Shown here: piece after piece, positions 1-11,939 of the stretch
Numbering within the stretch: the stretch's first letter is position 1
Layout of the letters: every line of letters begins with the position of its first letter
Notes under the pieces: model-generated
The model's input: the letters and a program-made list of their open reading frames with translations, nothing else
What the model was told of the DNA's origin: nothing
The model's database searches: none
Made by a program: the position numbers and the translations under genes
Source: Nemertoderma westbladi
Lineage: Eukaryota > Animalia > Xenacoelomorpha
Assembly (NCBI GenBank): GCA_032718475.1
Contig: JAUCBJ010002412.1
Span: forward strand, 1 to 42,814
Direction of reading: 5' to 3'
Length of the DNA stretch: 42,814 bases

Positions 1-800
1 TGTTGTACTTTATTCTTGTTCGTTGTTGCTCATTGTTGCACGTTGTTTCTCGTTGTTGCTCGTTGTTGCTCATTGTTGTTTATTGTTGTACTTTATTATT
101 GTTCGTTGTTGCTAATTGTTGCACGTTGTTGCTCATTGTTGCTCGTTTGTTGCTCGTTGTTACCTCACTGTTGTTCGTTGTTTCTCAATGTTGCTCATTG
201 TAGCTCGTTGTTGTACTTTATTATTGTTCGTTGTTGCTCATTGTTGCACGTTGTTGCTCATTGTTGCTCATTGTTTTTCGTTGTTGCTCATTGTTGTTCG
301 TTGTTGCTCGTTGTTGTACTTTATTATTGCTCGTTGTTGCTCATTGTTGCACGTTGTTGCTCGTTGTTGCTCATTGTTGCTCGTTATTGCATCACTGTTG
401 TTCGTTGTTTCTCATTGTTGCTCAGTGTAGCTCGTTGTTGTACTTTATTATTGTTCGTTGTTGTTCATTGTCGTTCGTTGTTGCTCATTGTTGCTCATTG
501 TTCCTCGTTGTTGCTCATTGTTGCTCGTTGTTGCTCATTGTTGCTCGTTGTTGTACTTTATTATTGTTCGTTATTGCTCGTTTTTGCTCATTGTTGTTCG
601 TTGTTGCTCATTGTTGCTCGTTGTTGTACTTTATTATTGTTCGTTGTTGCTCATTGTTTCTCGTTGTTGCTCATTGTTGTTCGTTGTTACTCGTTGTTGC
701 CTCATTGTTGTTCATCGTTTCTCATTGTTGCTCATTGTTGCTCTTGTATCTCGTTGTTGTACTTTATTATTGTTCGTTGATTTTCATTGTTGTTCGTTTT
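1..800. repeat. TTG-rich low-complexity tandem repeat (units such as TGTTGCTCAT, TGTTGCTCGT, TGTACTTTATTAT)
   Basis: Continuous degenerate ~10-13-mer array running off the left window edge. It explains the Leu/Val/Cys ORFs in all three + frames. Confidence 0.95.
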
Positions 801-829
801 TGCTCAAATAGTTTATGACCATATAGGTT

Positions 830-1010
830 TTTGGGATACTGATCACGAATATGATACTGAAAAATATCGTATTATTCAACCAAATTCGATTTTTGCCGTT
901 TGAAATTTTATGCTACTTGTTTTTCGTACCACAAGACAAGCACCAAAAATGATACTGTAGTTGCGTTACCACATATGATTTGTAACGAGTTGTATCGTGC
1001 TCAGCTATAC
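830..1010 (+). repeat. Dispersed repeat, copy 1 (paralogue at ~12270-12430)
   Basis: GGGATACTGATCACGAATATGATACT...TTTTGCCGTTTGAAATTTTAT...AAGCACCAAAAATGATA aligns by eye with 12272-12430. Confidence 0.8.
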
Positions 1011-2126
1011 AATATGGTCAGAGTCTGACCATATGGTTTCCCTCAATTGGTAAAGTGATTGTTTATTGTTTTGGTTAGAAAAGCCCACCGGGGGGAATAA
1101 TCTCCTAGGATATTCTGACCTGGGGGCATACTCTCATAGGAGATTTTGCCCGGGGGGGGGGGGGGTATTCGACAGGGGGGGGGGGCAAATTATCCTGCTA
1201 CACCGGGCCAGATACACGTATGGCTACACCACTGTAGTATTACCATACACTAAGTACCTATAGTTGTACAGTAGGATGTAGGCCTGCTCAGAATGCCAAG
1301 TTCCATAACGCGGCGCTAGGCACATCTCTAATAATATTTATCAATGTTTATCATTAAGTCCGAGAATCAGACCACAAAACAAACTCATTTAATTAAATAT
1401 AATCAATATCTTGAGGTTGGCAGTGAAACAAAAGGGTCATACTGTATCTTATCTTGACTGTAGGCTATTTATACTGAATGGCATACACTTGGCCTATACA
1501 TTTCCTGTATGCCGATAGTTTATTGATCTATGATATTATTCATACTTCATGAGCAGAGCCAATACGTCATAGGATGTTATCCGGGCCTGCGATTGGATAT
1601 TTAGGCCTATAGTTGTTCGTACAGTAGGCCTAATGTTGTTGCTATGAAACTATTATACAACACTGCCAACTGCATCTCCTCGATTGTCATATAAATAAAA
1701 AATTGCTCCTACAGTATTATACAATATGCAGTTTGGTTCAGATTCAAATTAGTTGAATATTACAATCTTTCTCGCATCGCATTGCAGCCTTTTACGATTG
1801 AATGTTGGGTGTGGCACACTGCATTACATTATACTCAGTGTATTGTTTATTGAGTATTATTATGAATTTACTTTAAATGAACAAGGCATGGAATGAGGAC
1901 ATGGTAGACAGAGGCCTGTACTGTACCCATAGGCCTACAATTACCCAAGTAGCCTACATTCACATACCAATACACCATTACACACAATGTATCTACAGTA
2001 TAGTACACTTAGTTAAAATTAAAACACCATTTAACTTTTTATATCGTATTAACGAACTATTTAAAATATCTATTGGTCAATAATTCGATCGCAGGACGTT
2101 ACTACAAACAGGCCGGAGTTAACACA

Positions 2127-2639
2127 ATGGCTCAAATTGGAACACCCGCTCCTGTTTATTTACCCCAATGGCGATGGGAAAAGGAAAACAGAAATCTAGG
2201 GCGAGCCATGATCCCTACTGGAATGATATTGTTTGTTCTTTACGTGTTGGGAATGAATGTTCCAGGTTGCGACAGCTTGAATAGCTGGGCGGGAGTCTGG
2301 GGAGGCTTCATGCTAGCTGTAGCGGGATTGATGGGTATCATTCTTAGTAAGATGTCAGAAGAAGGGGCAACTGCCCAAGCCTTAAAAGGTATGCATATTG
2401 GCTTAATTTGTGTCGACTTTGGCAGTATTGTTCACGCTACTGCACGCGGGATGACGGAATGTATTGTTTTTGTTTCGAGTAACCCGTCAGCCGGTAAATG
2501 CGAGGATATTATTCTTATAAGTTTGTGTTTTTGGATACTGGTCTTGTTTATGGTTGTGGCTCAACTTATATTTGTTTACTGCCGGCTTTGTTGCTGCAAG
2601 GTGGCCCAAGTATCCGCTGGCGGTGTTGAGAACAAATAG
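2127..2639 (+). CDS. MS4A/CD20-like four-transmembrane protein, single coding exon, 170 aa
   Basis: ATG at 2127 in ACAATGG context. Four hydrophobic segments, LG-x-x-M-I-x-x-G in TM1, G-V-W-G-G-F-M-L-A-V-A-G in TM2 (MS4A-like), Cys residues in the last loop and a CRLCCC tail. Confidence 0.7.
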   Translation: MAQIGTPAPVYLPQWRWEKENRNLGRAMIPTGMILFVLYVLGMNVPGCDSLNSWAGVWGGFMLAVAGLMGIILSKMSEEGATAQALKGMHIGLICVDFGSIVHATARGMTECIVFVSSNPSAGKCEDIILISLCFWILVLFMVVAQLIFVYCRLCCCKVAQVSAGGVENK

Positions 2640-3767
2640 GTTGATGGGAACAGCAGAATAACATTCCTTGGACTACTGCACTGTACTACAAATGATTTCT
2701 TAGTACTGTACATATGCTGTACAACAGTAGTGTACTGTACAGTAGCTTTCACGAGCGCAAGAGCTGCACAAAATCATTTGGAAATACAGTATGTAGTTGT
2801 GCTGCATCTGATGTTATGCGAAAATATTAAACTTTATTTATAAGTCTGACTAAGATTAATCGGTGCGATCTACAGTAGATATATAATTACACCGCGGATT
2901 GACTCGGGCTTAGTTACACTAACTCGGGCTCGACTTACTATACTACTGTAAATTATTGAGATTGTAAAAATTAGGTGCCCTTTTAGGACATACAGTAAAA
3001 TATTCATCATATGCACAGTTAACCTACAGTATAATTAATATTATATCTGCAAAAAACAATATAAATTATCATTTCATTAATTTATTTAATTTGGTATCTT
3101 GCTAATTTGTGTTATGCGTGTTTTTATATAACTATAGTTGGTCTACAATGTTGGTCTACCTGTACTAATACGAAGGAATGACTCCCATGTGACAAAAGTG
3201 TCATTCTGAGATAATCAGACTTTTGGGTTTTTTTTTACCTACACATCACAGTTGATGTTGGCATTCCGTATTTTTGCATGCAAGTACATAAATGTACTTC
3301 AAAATCTTTACTTACAAAATTTTTTTTTCAAAAACTTCAAAATTGTTTCGCATATATCAGGCAGTATTGTACATAAGACCTTTGTTTATATCTATGCGAT
3401 TTTTACTGTACATAGGACTATTTTATTCCAGGATATCAAATGGAAATGAAATTATAGAAATTCGAATTGATTACGGCTATGAAGCATTAGGCCTAATGCT
3501 ATATTTGTTTTACGTTAGAAAATGATCAGCTCCCCTCCGTTATGATTCTCCAGCGTGTTGCACAGTTGGCCATTAATTTTGTACATTAAGTAGGCTGCAC
3601 CACACATCCAATAAATCACGGCGACGTAATAATCCTCGGAGGTTTCCAACGAGCAAGTGGAGATGAAAAAACAATAAAGGGAGAGACAGAGAACAGTGAA
3701 AGGGCCATTATGTGGAATTATGGAATTTACGCATCAATAATCAATACCCGTATGACCTTTTTGTATA

Positions 3768-4661
3768 CACCATAACCCTTAATACAACAACCATTTTTAG
3801 GGGGTCGGAGCCCCCCCTAAAAATTCAAATTTCAATAAAATGCTACGAAATTCGGTATGATGATAGATCGACACCTTTTCTTACTGGTGGCCTGGCCGGA
3901 TTTTTCAATTTCTCAGTTATTTCCATACGACAATTCGTTAAAAAATGTCTATTTAGCAAAGTTTAACCGCCTCCGTAGACTTTATTTTACGTCTTTGAAA
4001 TGTAATCTAGATATCATTCGAAGATTACGAAGATTTCGAAGATCCGTAGATTCCGAATCTGAAAACTGTTTTAAATTTAACCCAAAATTGGTAAAGATAT
4101 TATCAAAATACTAATGTGTAAATTTAGAGACGTAAATCGCTATAATTCTGATGTTTTGTTGTCTTTATTCTAGAATATTAATTATTATTTAGCTGAGCGT
4201 TTAAAACTCTCCATCTTGTTTTTTCATTACCCTTAATTAATATTCTAGAATTGAGTAAAAAAAACATTAGAATTATAGCGATTTACGTCACAAAAATTTA
4301 CCCCTTAGTATTTTGATAATATCTCCGGAAGTTCTTGGTGAAATTTACAACGGGTTTCATATTCAGAATCTGCAGATGAAGGCGGTTCTAATGATATCTA
4401 GATCTCATTCCAAAGACGAAAAATAAAGCCGACGGAGGTGGCTAAATATTGCGAAATAGACGATTTTTAACGGCTTGTTGTATCGAAATAGCTCATAAAT
4501 TAAAAAATCCGACCAGGCCACCAGTAAGAAAAGGTGTCGATCTATCATCATACCAAATTTCGTAGCCTTTTATTGAAATTTGAAAAAAATTAGGGGAGGG
4601 GGGGCTCCGACCCCCTAAAAATGGTTGTTGTATTAAGGGCTATTTCGATACGGCCATGGTG
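3768..4661. mobile_element. Foldback (almost fully palindromic) MITE with TA TSD, Tc1/mariner-type insertion signature
   Basis: Arms of ~420 bp are inverted repeats around a short spacer near 4195-4232. Termini CACCAT...ATGGTG with TA at 3766-3767 and 4662-4663. The paralogue at ~10332-10350 reads TTTTTGTATAATTAACATC, i.e. an empty site. Confidence 0.9.
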
Positions 4662-4741
4662 TAATTAACATCTCTCTTCAGTTGTGCTAGTTCGGAATAT
4701 TACACATCTCTGTGTTAGCGATAACATGTGTAAAATACTGT

Positions 4742-6509
4742 GGGGCGAGCCACGAAGTGAGTGAGCCTTAGCGTAGTGGTACCATTAATCAACCTGTCGT
4801 TCTGTCGTTCTTGTTCAATTTTAAACGTTAATAACTCGGCCAATCTTCGATGAAATCTATCCAAACTTGGTACACATGTTGTTTGGCAAAAGTTTAGAAA
4901 TTTTCCAAGTTGAATTTTCGTGTGGCCTTCGAGAAGCTAAGATAATAGCAGTTAATTAGTTAATTAAATTGATTACGGTAATAACAGCACTTTCAACCTG
5001 CCTGTTAAAGGAAATGAATTGTTTTACAGTATAAGACTTCAATAATTATACTTAAAAATTATACATATGTAATCCACATACTCCATTCTATTATAGTTTT
5101 TAATTAGTTCAAGTGATTTGCTTTAATAATTGTGTCTTTAATTGATCTAAAGTAATTAAAACGGCATAAAAAATTGATTCTCATTAAATACTGCTCATTT
5201 ATTGGCCAACATGCTGGTACATAGATGGAAGGATGTGTGTGTAAGGCAGCCAGTTGCTGGGAATGATTATTGGTCAAGTCTCTGCTGGTGTGGAGCTAGC
5301 TGGCTAGGAGTTGTGGCTGTAGACTAACCAGAGAGGAATTGTAATAGGCAACCAGTATTGCTATTCCAGCCCAGACAGCATTCTTTAAATCCCACATCCC
5401 ACCATCCTTCCTGTATTCCAATTCCTATTGACTCTACTATAAATGTTGTATTGCTATCTCAGGTAAATGACAGATACATGTATAATAACATAAATACTAT
5501 CCAAGGCATGGCTGTTGTGTAGGCTTATATATGAAATAGTTTATTCCACAATGTATTTGTCTGGTTATTTTTTAATTGAATTTTTGTAAAGTAGTAAAAT
5601 TAATGTTCTTAAAAATAATTTTATTATTTTATATGTAACCAAGGAAATTAGCTACAATTTTTCGCTGCCGCTTTAAGAGTGTACATTGATTTAATATTAT
5701 TTCAATACCCATATTACTACATCGGCATACGATGCGTTGGCGTTGTATCACACATCTCCACATAGATGTATCAGCAGTTACTCGCACAGTTTGGAAACTT
5801 CGCATAGTTATAACTGTATAAAGGTCGTCAGTCTGCGTTTAGGAAAAATATTTTATGACAACACAGGACGAGCGACGAGCGCAACGAGGCATATAATGAA
5901 GACGAGTACTGCGTAGACTATATTCCTGTAAACCATACCTGGCTGCGCCTATTGAACGCATCGGTAGTTATAAAGATCGTCAGTCTGCGTTTAGGAAATA
6001 TATTTAAATACAAAACAGGACGAGCACAACGAGGCTTATAAAGAAGACGAGTACTGCGTTGGATATATTATTATATAAACCACCTGGCTTCACACATTGA
6101 TCGCATCCATAGTTATTATTATTATAAAGATCGTCCTAGCCTGCGTTTAAGAAATATATTTAAATTCAAAACAGGACGAATGCAACGAGGCTTATAATGA
6201 AAACGAGTACTGCGTTTATTATATTCCTATAAACCACCTGGCTTTGCATATTGAACGTGCGATTGGAAATAAGTTCGTGCTACCCTTCCGTGGGTGGTAG
6301 ATGTCGCGGTTATGTATTGGTGGGTTGGAAGGGTGGGGGGGGGGGGGGGGGTGCATATTAAAAGGGCTGAACACGTACTGTACCCCTTTCTTTAATTGAT
6401 TGGTGGTGTGGGTAAATTTCTCAAATACTGATTTTGTGATACAGTCGCTCAGTTTTAATTTGTATCTCATAACTGGGCCTCGTGCTGCGCGAAGTCCCCA
6501 CGGACGTGT
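4742..6509 (+). mobile_element. Helentron/DINE-like non-autonomous element (tentative)
   Basis: Absent from the paralogue (empty site ACTGT|AATTATT near 10414). Short subterminal IR GTGGGG/CCCCAC, CTGTCGTT micro-repeat near the 5' end, internal tandem array, GC-rich 3' stem-loop-like end shared with 9690-9793, no clear TSD. Confidence 0.45.
5817..6262 (+). repeat. Tandem repeat, ~150-155 bp unit x3
   Basis: TATAAAG(G/A)TCGTC...CTGCGTTTA...ACAGGACGA...CAACGAGGC...GAGTACTGCGT recurs three times. Related units at ~32765-32950. Confidence 0.85.
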
Positions 6510-6629
6510 AATTATTAAATTTAGAACCAACCATACTGTAGTAATTATACAACAATGACATAGTGAGTGAACTGAAGTTCATATAAGAACATCAACATCG
6601 GGGCACATTTGTTTTCCATTCTTTCGCAC

Positions 6630-6701
6630 TCCTCGATAGTATAGTGGTTAGTATCTGCGTCTGTCACATGCAAGACCCGGGTTCAATTCCCGGTCGGGGA
6701 G
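6630..6701 (+). tRNA. tRNA-Asp (GTC)
   Basis: 72-nt cloverleaf: acceptor TCCTCGA/TCGGGGA+G, anticodon stem TGCGT/ATGCA with loop CTGTCAC, T arm CCGGG-TTCAATT-CCCGG. T5 Pol III terminator at 6708-6712. Confidence 0.93.
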
Positions 6702-7369
6702 GATGTATTTTTAATGTGATTCTTACAAATTAATAAACATGCGACGGCCTACTCACTCAACTCACCCTTTGCGTACCAAAGATGAATTACATTCGTTTTT
6801 CCTCCCAAGGAGAAGGACTAAGATAAATATATTTGATTGGACCAAGAGGTTTATTTTCTAAGTCGTACCAGAGATTTATATATTATAAAGAGGATTTACC
6901 ATATTACTACTGATCCTACCCTCAAAGGCAGTACACTGCCGCCTTTTTAACAGTTTTTGAAATTTTGAAATCTTATACATGTGAACCCCGCGGGCGGCAC
7001 ACTGCAGCCTTAATCATTTCTACAGTACCTGACAATACTGGAGATCTACAGGTAGGCCTACAACTGTAGTGCAGTATTGGACTGGTACCGCAGTCCGGTG
7101 ATTAAGGGTGAATGGGGGGTGGGTCACCGCACCCTTCTAAATCTAGAAGGTCGTGGGGAACCCAAAAATCAGACAAACAAATTTTATTCAGCGAATTTAT
7201 ATTTAAATAACCTCGCTAACGCTGGTTCGGTAAATTATACATTATATCCCAGAGGGAGAGAGTCTTTTTCGACAATCACAATTAAACCCTCGACAGGGGA
7301 AAATCGACATAAATAACAGCTGATTACTCCGAAAATTAAATCTGTAACGACTACCAGCACTCTGTACTG

Positions 7370-7549
7370 TGGGTAATGGATAGAGACCAGCAAAAAAGAC
7401 ATAAACAGTAGAAGTTGTTTGGAAAGCAAAGGCATGGGTAGCTCTATCAAAATAGATACTATCTGGAAATCAGAATTCTCTAGGCAACTGAAGACCAACT
7501 TCCTTCGAGCCACAATGGAAAGTGTACTCTTATACGAAGGTGAGTCCAG
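7370..7549 (+). pseudogene. RTE-clade LINE fragment, 5' part (split by the Harbinger insertion)
   Basis: Translates to ..KAKAWVALSK..IWKSEFSRQLKTNFLRATMESVLLYEGES, the post-RT region of RTE-like ORFs. Confidence 0.7.
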
Positions 7550-8909
7550 GGCTGGGTTGCATGAAAAAATACTTAGCTAAGCCAAATATTTACTTGAGGG
7601 GCCCAAGTATTTACTTGGCTAAGTATTTACTTAGTAAAAATAAAGTTCGGTTGCACGAAACTCCCAAGTAAATACTTAGCTAAGTAAATACTTACAGCTA
7701 AGTATTTATTACTTTATTTATTGTCATCGGTAGAAACAGCGGGTTCCGGCTGGTTTGCTTCTGAGCGGTTCATCTTCATTAAAAATGATCGCAAAGTTAT
7801 GAAGAACGATACAAGCAGCAATGACACGGCACACGCGCACTGGTTCATAGCGAATTTCACCATGCAAGCAGTGAAAACGTCTCTTCAGTCTTCCGAAACT
7901 TCTTTCGATTATGCTGCGTGCAGTAGTTTGAGCTTTATTATATTTGATTTCTGCTGGTTGTTGTGGATTCATGAGGGGTGTGAAGAGAAAAGTGCGACGA
8001 GCGTATCCTCCGTCTCCAAGTAGAATCCCCTTTTGTATGCCATTTTCAAAATCGATTCCCAATTTTGAAGTGCGGAAAATTCGTGAATCGTGAGCAGATC
8101 CGGGCCAATCAGCAACGATGTTCAAAAACCGTCCTTTGTGATCGCAAACAGCTTGGACATTGATAGAATGATCACCTTTTCGGTTGACAAATTGGTCTTC
8201 ATTTTCGGTCGGTCCTTGTATTTGTATATGAGTACAGTCGATCGCACCCACGATATGTGGAAGGCCAAATCGTCCGTAAAAATACTGTCGAATTTCAGCC
8301 ATGCCGTCATCATTCGGGAATCGGACAAAATCATCAAGTTTTTGCGCCAAAATGCCACTGATTTTGTGGATTGTTCTACTAACAGTTGACTTGTTCACTC
8401 GAATGGAATCGCCAACGGTATTTTGGAACTCTCCAGTTGCAAAAAACCGCAGGGCAATGCACAGCTGCTGCTCGGTGGAAATCGCTTTGCTCCGCTTTGT
8501 AGTAGGCTCAATATCGGAGCGAAGAATTTCGGTAATTCGCATGAAATTGAACTTAGAGAAGCGGTAACGGTCGAAAAATTATTTTTCATTCCAGAAAGAC
8601 AGCGGATACTCTCTATCTCTGTACAATCGGTTTACAGCACTCATATTTACATCGTAAATAGGTAAGACAGGCATAAAAGCCATTTCAGTACAATTAAGAA
8701 GTTTATTTTTAACACTGAATATGTTTAACACTTTATTTGCAGCAGCTAAAGTACCTTCCGAGCTTACTTAGAATTTTTACTTAGCGTAAGTAATAATAGT
8801 TCAAGTAAAAGTTTTGTGCAACCGTCTGAGTAAAAATCGGTTTTTACTTGAGTAAAAACTGGCGCTTTAAGTAAAAACTTTTGCTGAGTAAATTTCGTGC
8901 AACTGGGCC
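7550..8909 (-). mobile_element. PIF/Harbinger DNA transposon, 1360 bp, defective
   Basis: Imperfect TIRs GGCTGGGTTGCATGAAA / TTTCGTGCAACTGGGCC. CWG-type flanks (CAG 7547-7549, CTG 8910-8912) and subterminal AAGTA-TTTACTT repeats. Removing the element and one flank restores the LINE codons GAG TCC TGG. Confidence 0.88.
7724..8683 (-). pseudogene. Harbinger DDE transposase (HARBI1/DDE_Tnp_4-like) with an in-frame stop
   Basis: Motifs LRFFATG, GAIDCTHI, NRKG.HSINVQ, WPGSAHDSRI, LLGDGGY, IERSFGRLKRRF, ACIVLHN. The frame extends to an ATG at 8683 (MAFMPV..RLYRDREYPL) but has TAA at 8579-8581. Confidence 0.9.
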
Positions 8910-9100
8910 CTGGATACTGACGAATCATTTGAACAAGGATTGGTAGTTGTTACACAAGACTATGAAGGTCATGGCAGCACTGTAAATGTCAGCTGGAATC
9001 AACACATGACAAACGCCGAACTTTATGGTTCAATGCCACCTGTATCAACCACCCTCAGTGAACGCAGATTAAGATTCTGTGGACACTGCAGGAGAAGGAA
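8910..9100 (+). pseudogene. RTE-clade LINE fragment, 3' part
   Basis: With frameshifts it gives WILT..CYTRL..NVSWNQHMTNAELYGSMPPVSTTLSERRLRFCGHC. Confidence 0.7.
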
Positions 9101-9112
9101 GTAAAGACGAGA

Positions 9113-9793
9113 GTCTGCAGTCAGTCAGCGAGAGTCTGAGAGTCATCCGTCTGCAGTCTCTAGTCTGCCGCTAGAGGGCGAAATATCTCAAAATGCAATC
9201 ACTGATTTATCTGAAACGTCAGATATGTGCTAGAACAAGTCCGGTGTGTTTTGTCGGGCTAGGAATCAGTCCGACCAGTTCAACCTCACCACTATTCCAG
9301 TAAGGTGTAATTATACATTATAATTATTATACATGCAATAGTGTTAGGCCCTAGAGTAATAAGACAGCTTGCTTATAATGTTTATCTCGCAAAATGATTG
9401 GCTGAGTATTTAATGGAGATTCTTTAGATTAAATATAGCTAAATAATTTTGTTGAGACATCGACATGGTAAATTAATATTTCAGTATCAATACTAAAACG
9501 GCATAAGGTAATTAAGTTATAATATGTCTTACAAATTGGGTCCCCTCCACACCTAAAATATATTACTTTTAAAACACACATTTTCTATTAATACCTGCCT
9601 GTCAACAATCCTCTGTGTGCCTTTGTGTTGGGGTGCAGATTAAGGGGGGGTTGAAAGCGAGCAACTTTCCCTCTTATGATTTATTTGCGGTTTGGTTAAT
9701 TTCTTAAATACCGATTTTGTGATAGAATTGCTCAATTTTAATTTGTATCTCATAACTGAGCCCCGTGCTGCGCGAAGGCCCTACGAACGTGTA
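9113..9793 (+). mobile_element. Second DINE/Helentron-like fragment (tentative)
   Basis: The last ~100 bp match 6410-6510 (GATTTTGTGATA..TTTAATTTGTATCTCATAACTG..CGTGCTGCGCGAAG..ACGTGTA). AGTC/GTCT micro-repeats at the 5' end; the left boundary is approximate. Confidence 0.35.
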
Positions 9794-9822
9794 TTTCAAT
9801 GGATACGGAATATATATCTACA

Positions 9823-10880
9823 CTAGTTGTGCTGTATCTGTATACTTTTTTTTATAAACCTGACCAAGATTAATCGGTGCGATCTAGAGATATTTTTACA
9901 CCGTGGATTGACTCGGGCTAGTTACACTAACTCGGGCACAATTACTGTACAAAATTGTTGAGATTGTAAAAATTACGTAGGACATACAGTAAATGCCATA
10001 AAAAACATATTTATCCAATTTTACATTCTGACAGACATGAAATTCGAATTGATTACGGCTATGAAGCAGTAGGCCTAATGCTATATTTGTTTTACGTTGG
10101 AAAATGATCAGCTCTCCTCCGTTGTGATTCTCCAGCGTGCTGCACAGTTGGCCATTTGTACGTTAAGTAGGCTGCACCACACATCCAATAAATCAACGGT
10201 GACGTAATAATCCTCGGAGGTTTCCAACGAGCAAGTGGACATGAAAAAACAATAAAGGGAGAGACAGAGAACAGTGAAAGGGCCATTATGTGGAATTATT
10301 TTACACATAAAAAATAAATACCCGTATGACCTTTTTGTATAATTAACATCGCTCTTCAGTGCTAGTTCGGAATATTACACATCTATGTGTTAGCGATAAA
10401 GTGTAAATTACTGTAATTATTACATTTTCAACCAACCATAGTGATTACAACAATGACGTAGTGAGTGGATACCCTTGATTACCAACAACCCTTTGCGTTA
10501 CTGCTGTACTGTATTAGCGAATATATATTTCGCGAAGGTTGATTTGATATTAAACGGCAATTATTTGAATTTGAGCTCATATCTTTTTTGTTTATGAATG
10601 ATATTGGACGCTGAAAGTGCGAAATGTACCCCCTATCAGTGAATGTACCCCCTATCACTTTCACCCTTTCGCTTTTACTTTTCGATAGCTTTCGCATAAC
10701 TTTCGGTAGCTTTCGGTAATTGCCCTCTTTCAGAACTAACTATCCATTCAGCCATTTCTTCCCTCGTCCTTCACGCTCCTCGATAGTATAGTGGTTAGTA
10801 TCTGCGTCTGTCACATGCAAGACCCGGGTTCAATTCCCGGTCGGGGAGGATGTATACTTTTTATGTATCTTACAAATTGC
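9823..10880 (+). repeat. Local duplication, copy 2 (tRNA-Asp unit)
   Basis: Colinear with 2794-6720 minus that copy's insertions. Confidence 0.85.
10777..10848 (+). tRNA. tRNA-Asp (GTC)
   Basis: Identical 72-nt sequence to 6630-6701; T5 run at 10858-10862. Confidence 0.93.
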
Positions 10881-11287
10881 TGATCACATATGACACTGAA
10901 GTATGTATCGTACCTTGTTGATTAGGGCATTATGGATATGTGTCAATGCAAGTAGAAAGTGACAAATACTGTACAAGTAGCACAAATTTGATAACGCAAT
11001 AATTTTTATTGTGCGTTTAAATCCTTTTTTTGTCCTTATTTTTTTATTTTTTATGTCCTCCAAAAATCTAATGTTAGGTTCCATGCTACCGGTTTCTCTA
11101 CTGCTGTTCTCTCAGGCTATCAGTACCGGTATTAGTATATATAGCACTATTTTGCTGTATTGTATGTACAGATGTAGGTATAAAGCGCAGGCATTTCTGT
11201 ATTTTAGTACCGGTACCGGTACTGCTGTAGGCCTACTGTGTAGCCTACCATTTAAATACGCTACTGATAGGCCTACCGGCTGACCGG

Positions 11288-11830
11288 TTGTTTTGGTTAG
11301 AAAATCCCGCCTCATCCTGTCATCTGTAACCTGCTCCTTTGCCTGATTTGGTAAAGTGACCGTTTATTGTTTTGGTTAGAAAGGCCCGCCTCTGTAGCCT
11401 GCTCCTTTCCTTCAATTTGTAAAGTGACTGTTTATTGTTTTGGTTAGAAAATCCCGCCTCTGCAACCTGCCCCTTTCGCTCAATTAATTAAGTGATCGTT
11501 TATTGTTTTGGTTAGGAAATCCCGCCTCTGTAACCTGCTCCTTTCTCTCAATTGGTAATGTTATAGTTTATTGTTTTGGTTAGAAAATCCCGTCTCTGTA
11601 ACCTGCTCCTTTCCCTGATTTGGTAAAGTGACTGTTTATTGTTTTGGATAGAAAATCCCGCATCTGTAACCTGCTCCTTTCCCTCAATTAGTTAAATGAT
11701 CGTTTATTGTTTTGGTTAGAAAATCCCGTCTCTGTAACCTGCTCCTTTCCCTGATTTGATAAAGTGACTGTTTATTGTTTTGTTAGAAAATCCGGCCTTA
11801 ACCTGCTCCTTTCCATCAATTGGTAATTGT
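11288..11830 (+). repeat. Minisatellite, ~68-bp unit x8
   Basis: Unit TTGTTTTGGTTAGAAAATCCCGCCTCTGTAACCTGCTCCTTTCCCTCAATTGGTAAAGTGACTGTTTA. One partial unit also at ~1036-1088. Confidence 0.95.
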
Positions 11831-11939
11831 TTTTGGCTATAAAATGAGTGTTTTGATACATCATGTGGTAATCGATTATCGACAAGTCTTTTTTACCACA
11901 GGCGCATATGGAATTCTATCTCATAGTCTATAAATCATG

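Larger units (their letters stand above)
2794..6720 (+). repeat. Local duplication, copy 1 (tRNA-Asp unit), expanded by insertions
   Basis: Blocks ~2794-3000, 3456-3767, 4662-4741, 6510-6570 and the tRNA are colinear with ~9823-10880. Confidence 0.85.

Noticed and set aside
3-818. Five overlapping Cys/Leu/Val-rich ORFs
   Set aside because: Artefacts of the stop-poor TTG repeat, which is open in all three frames.
6630-6701. Local tRNA-Asp as primer for the LTR element
   Set aside because: No complementarity to the sequence next to either LTR.
11288-11830. Regular array superficially like CRISPR
   Set aside because: No unique spacers, no cas genes, eukaryotic context; it is a minisatellite.
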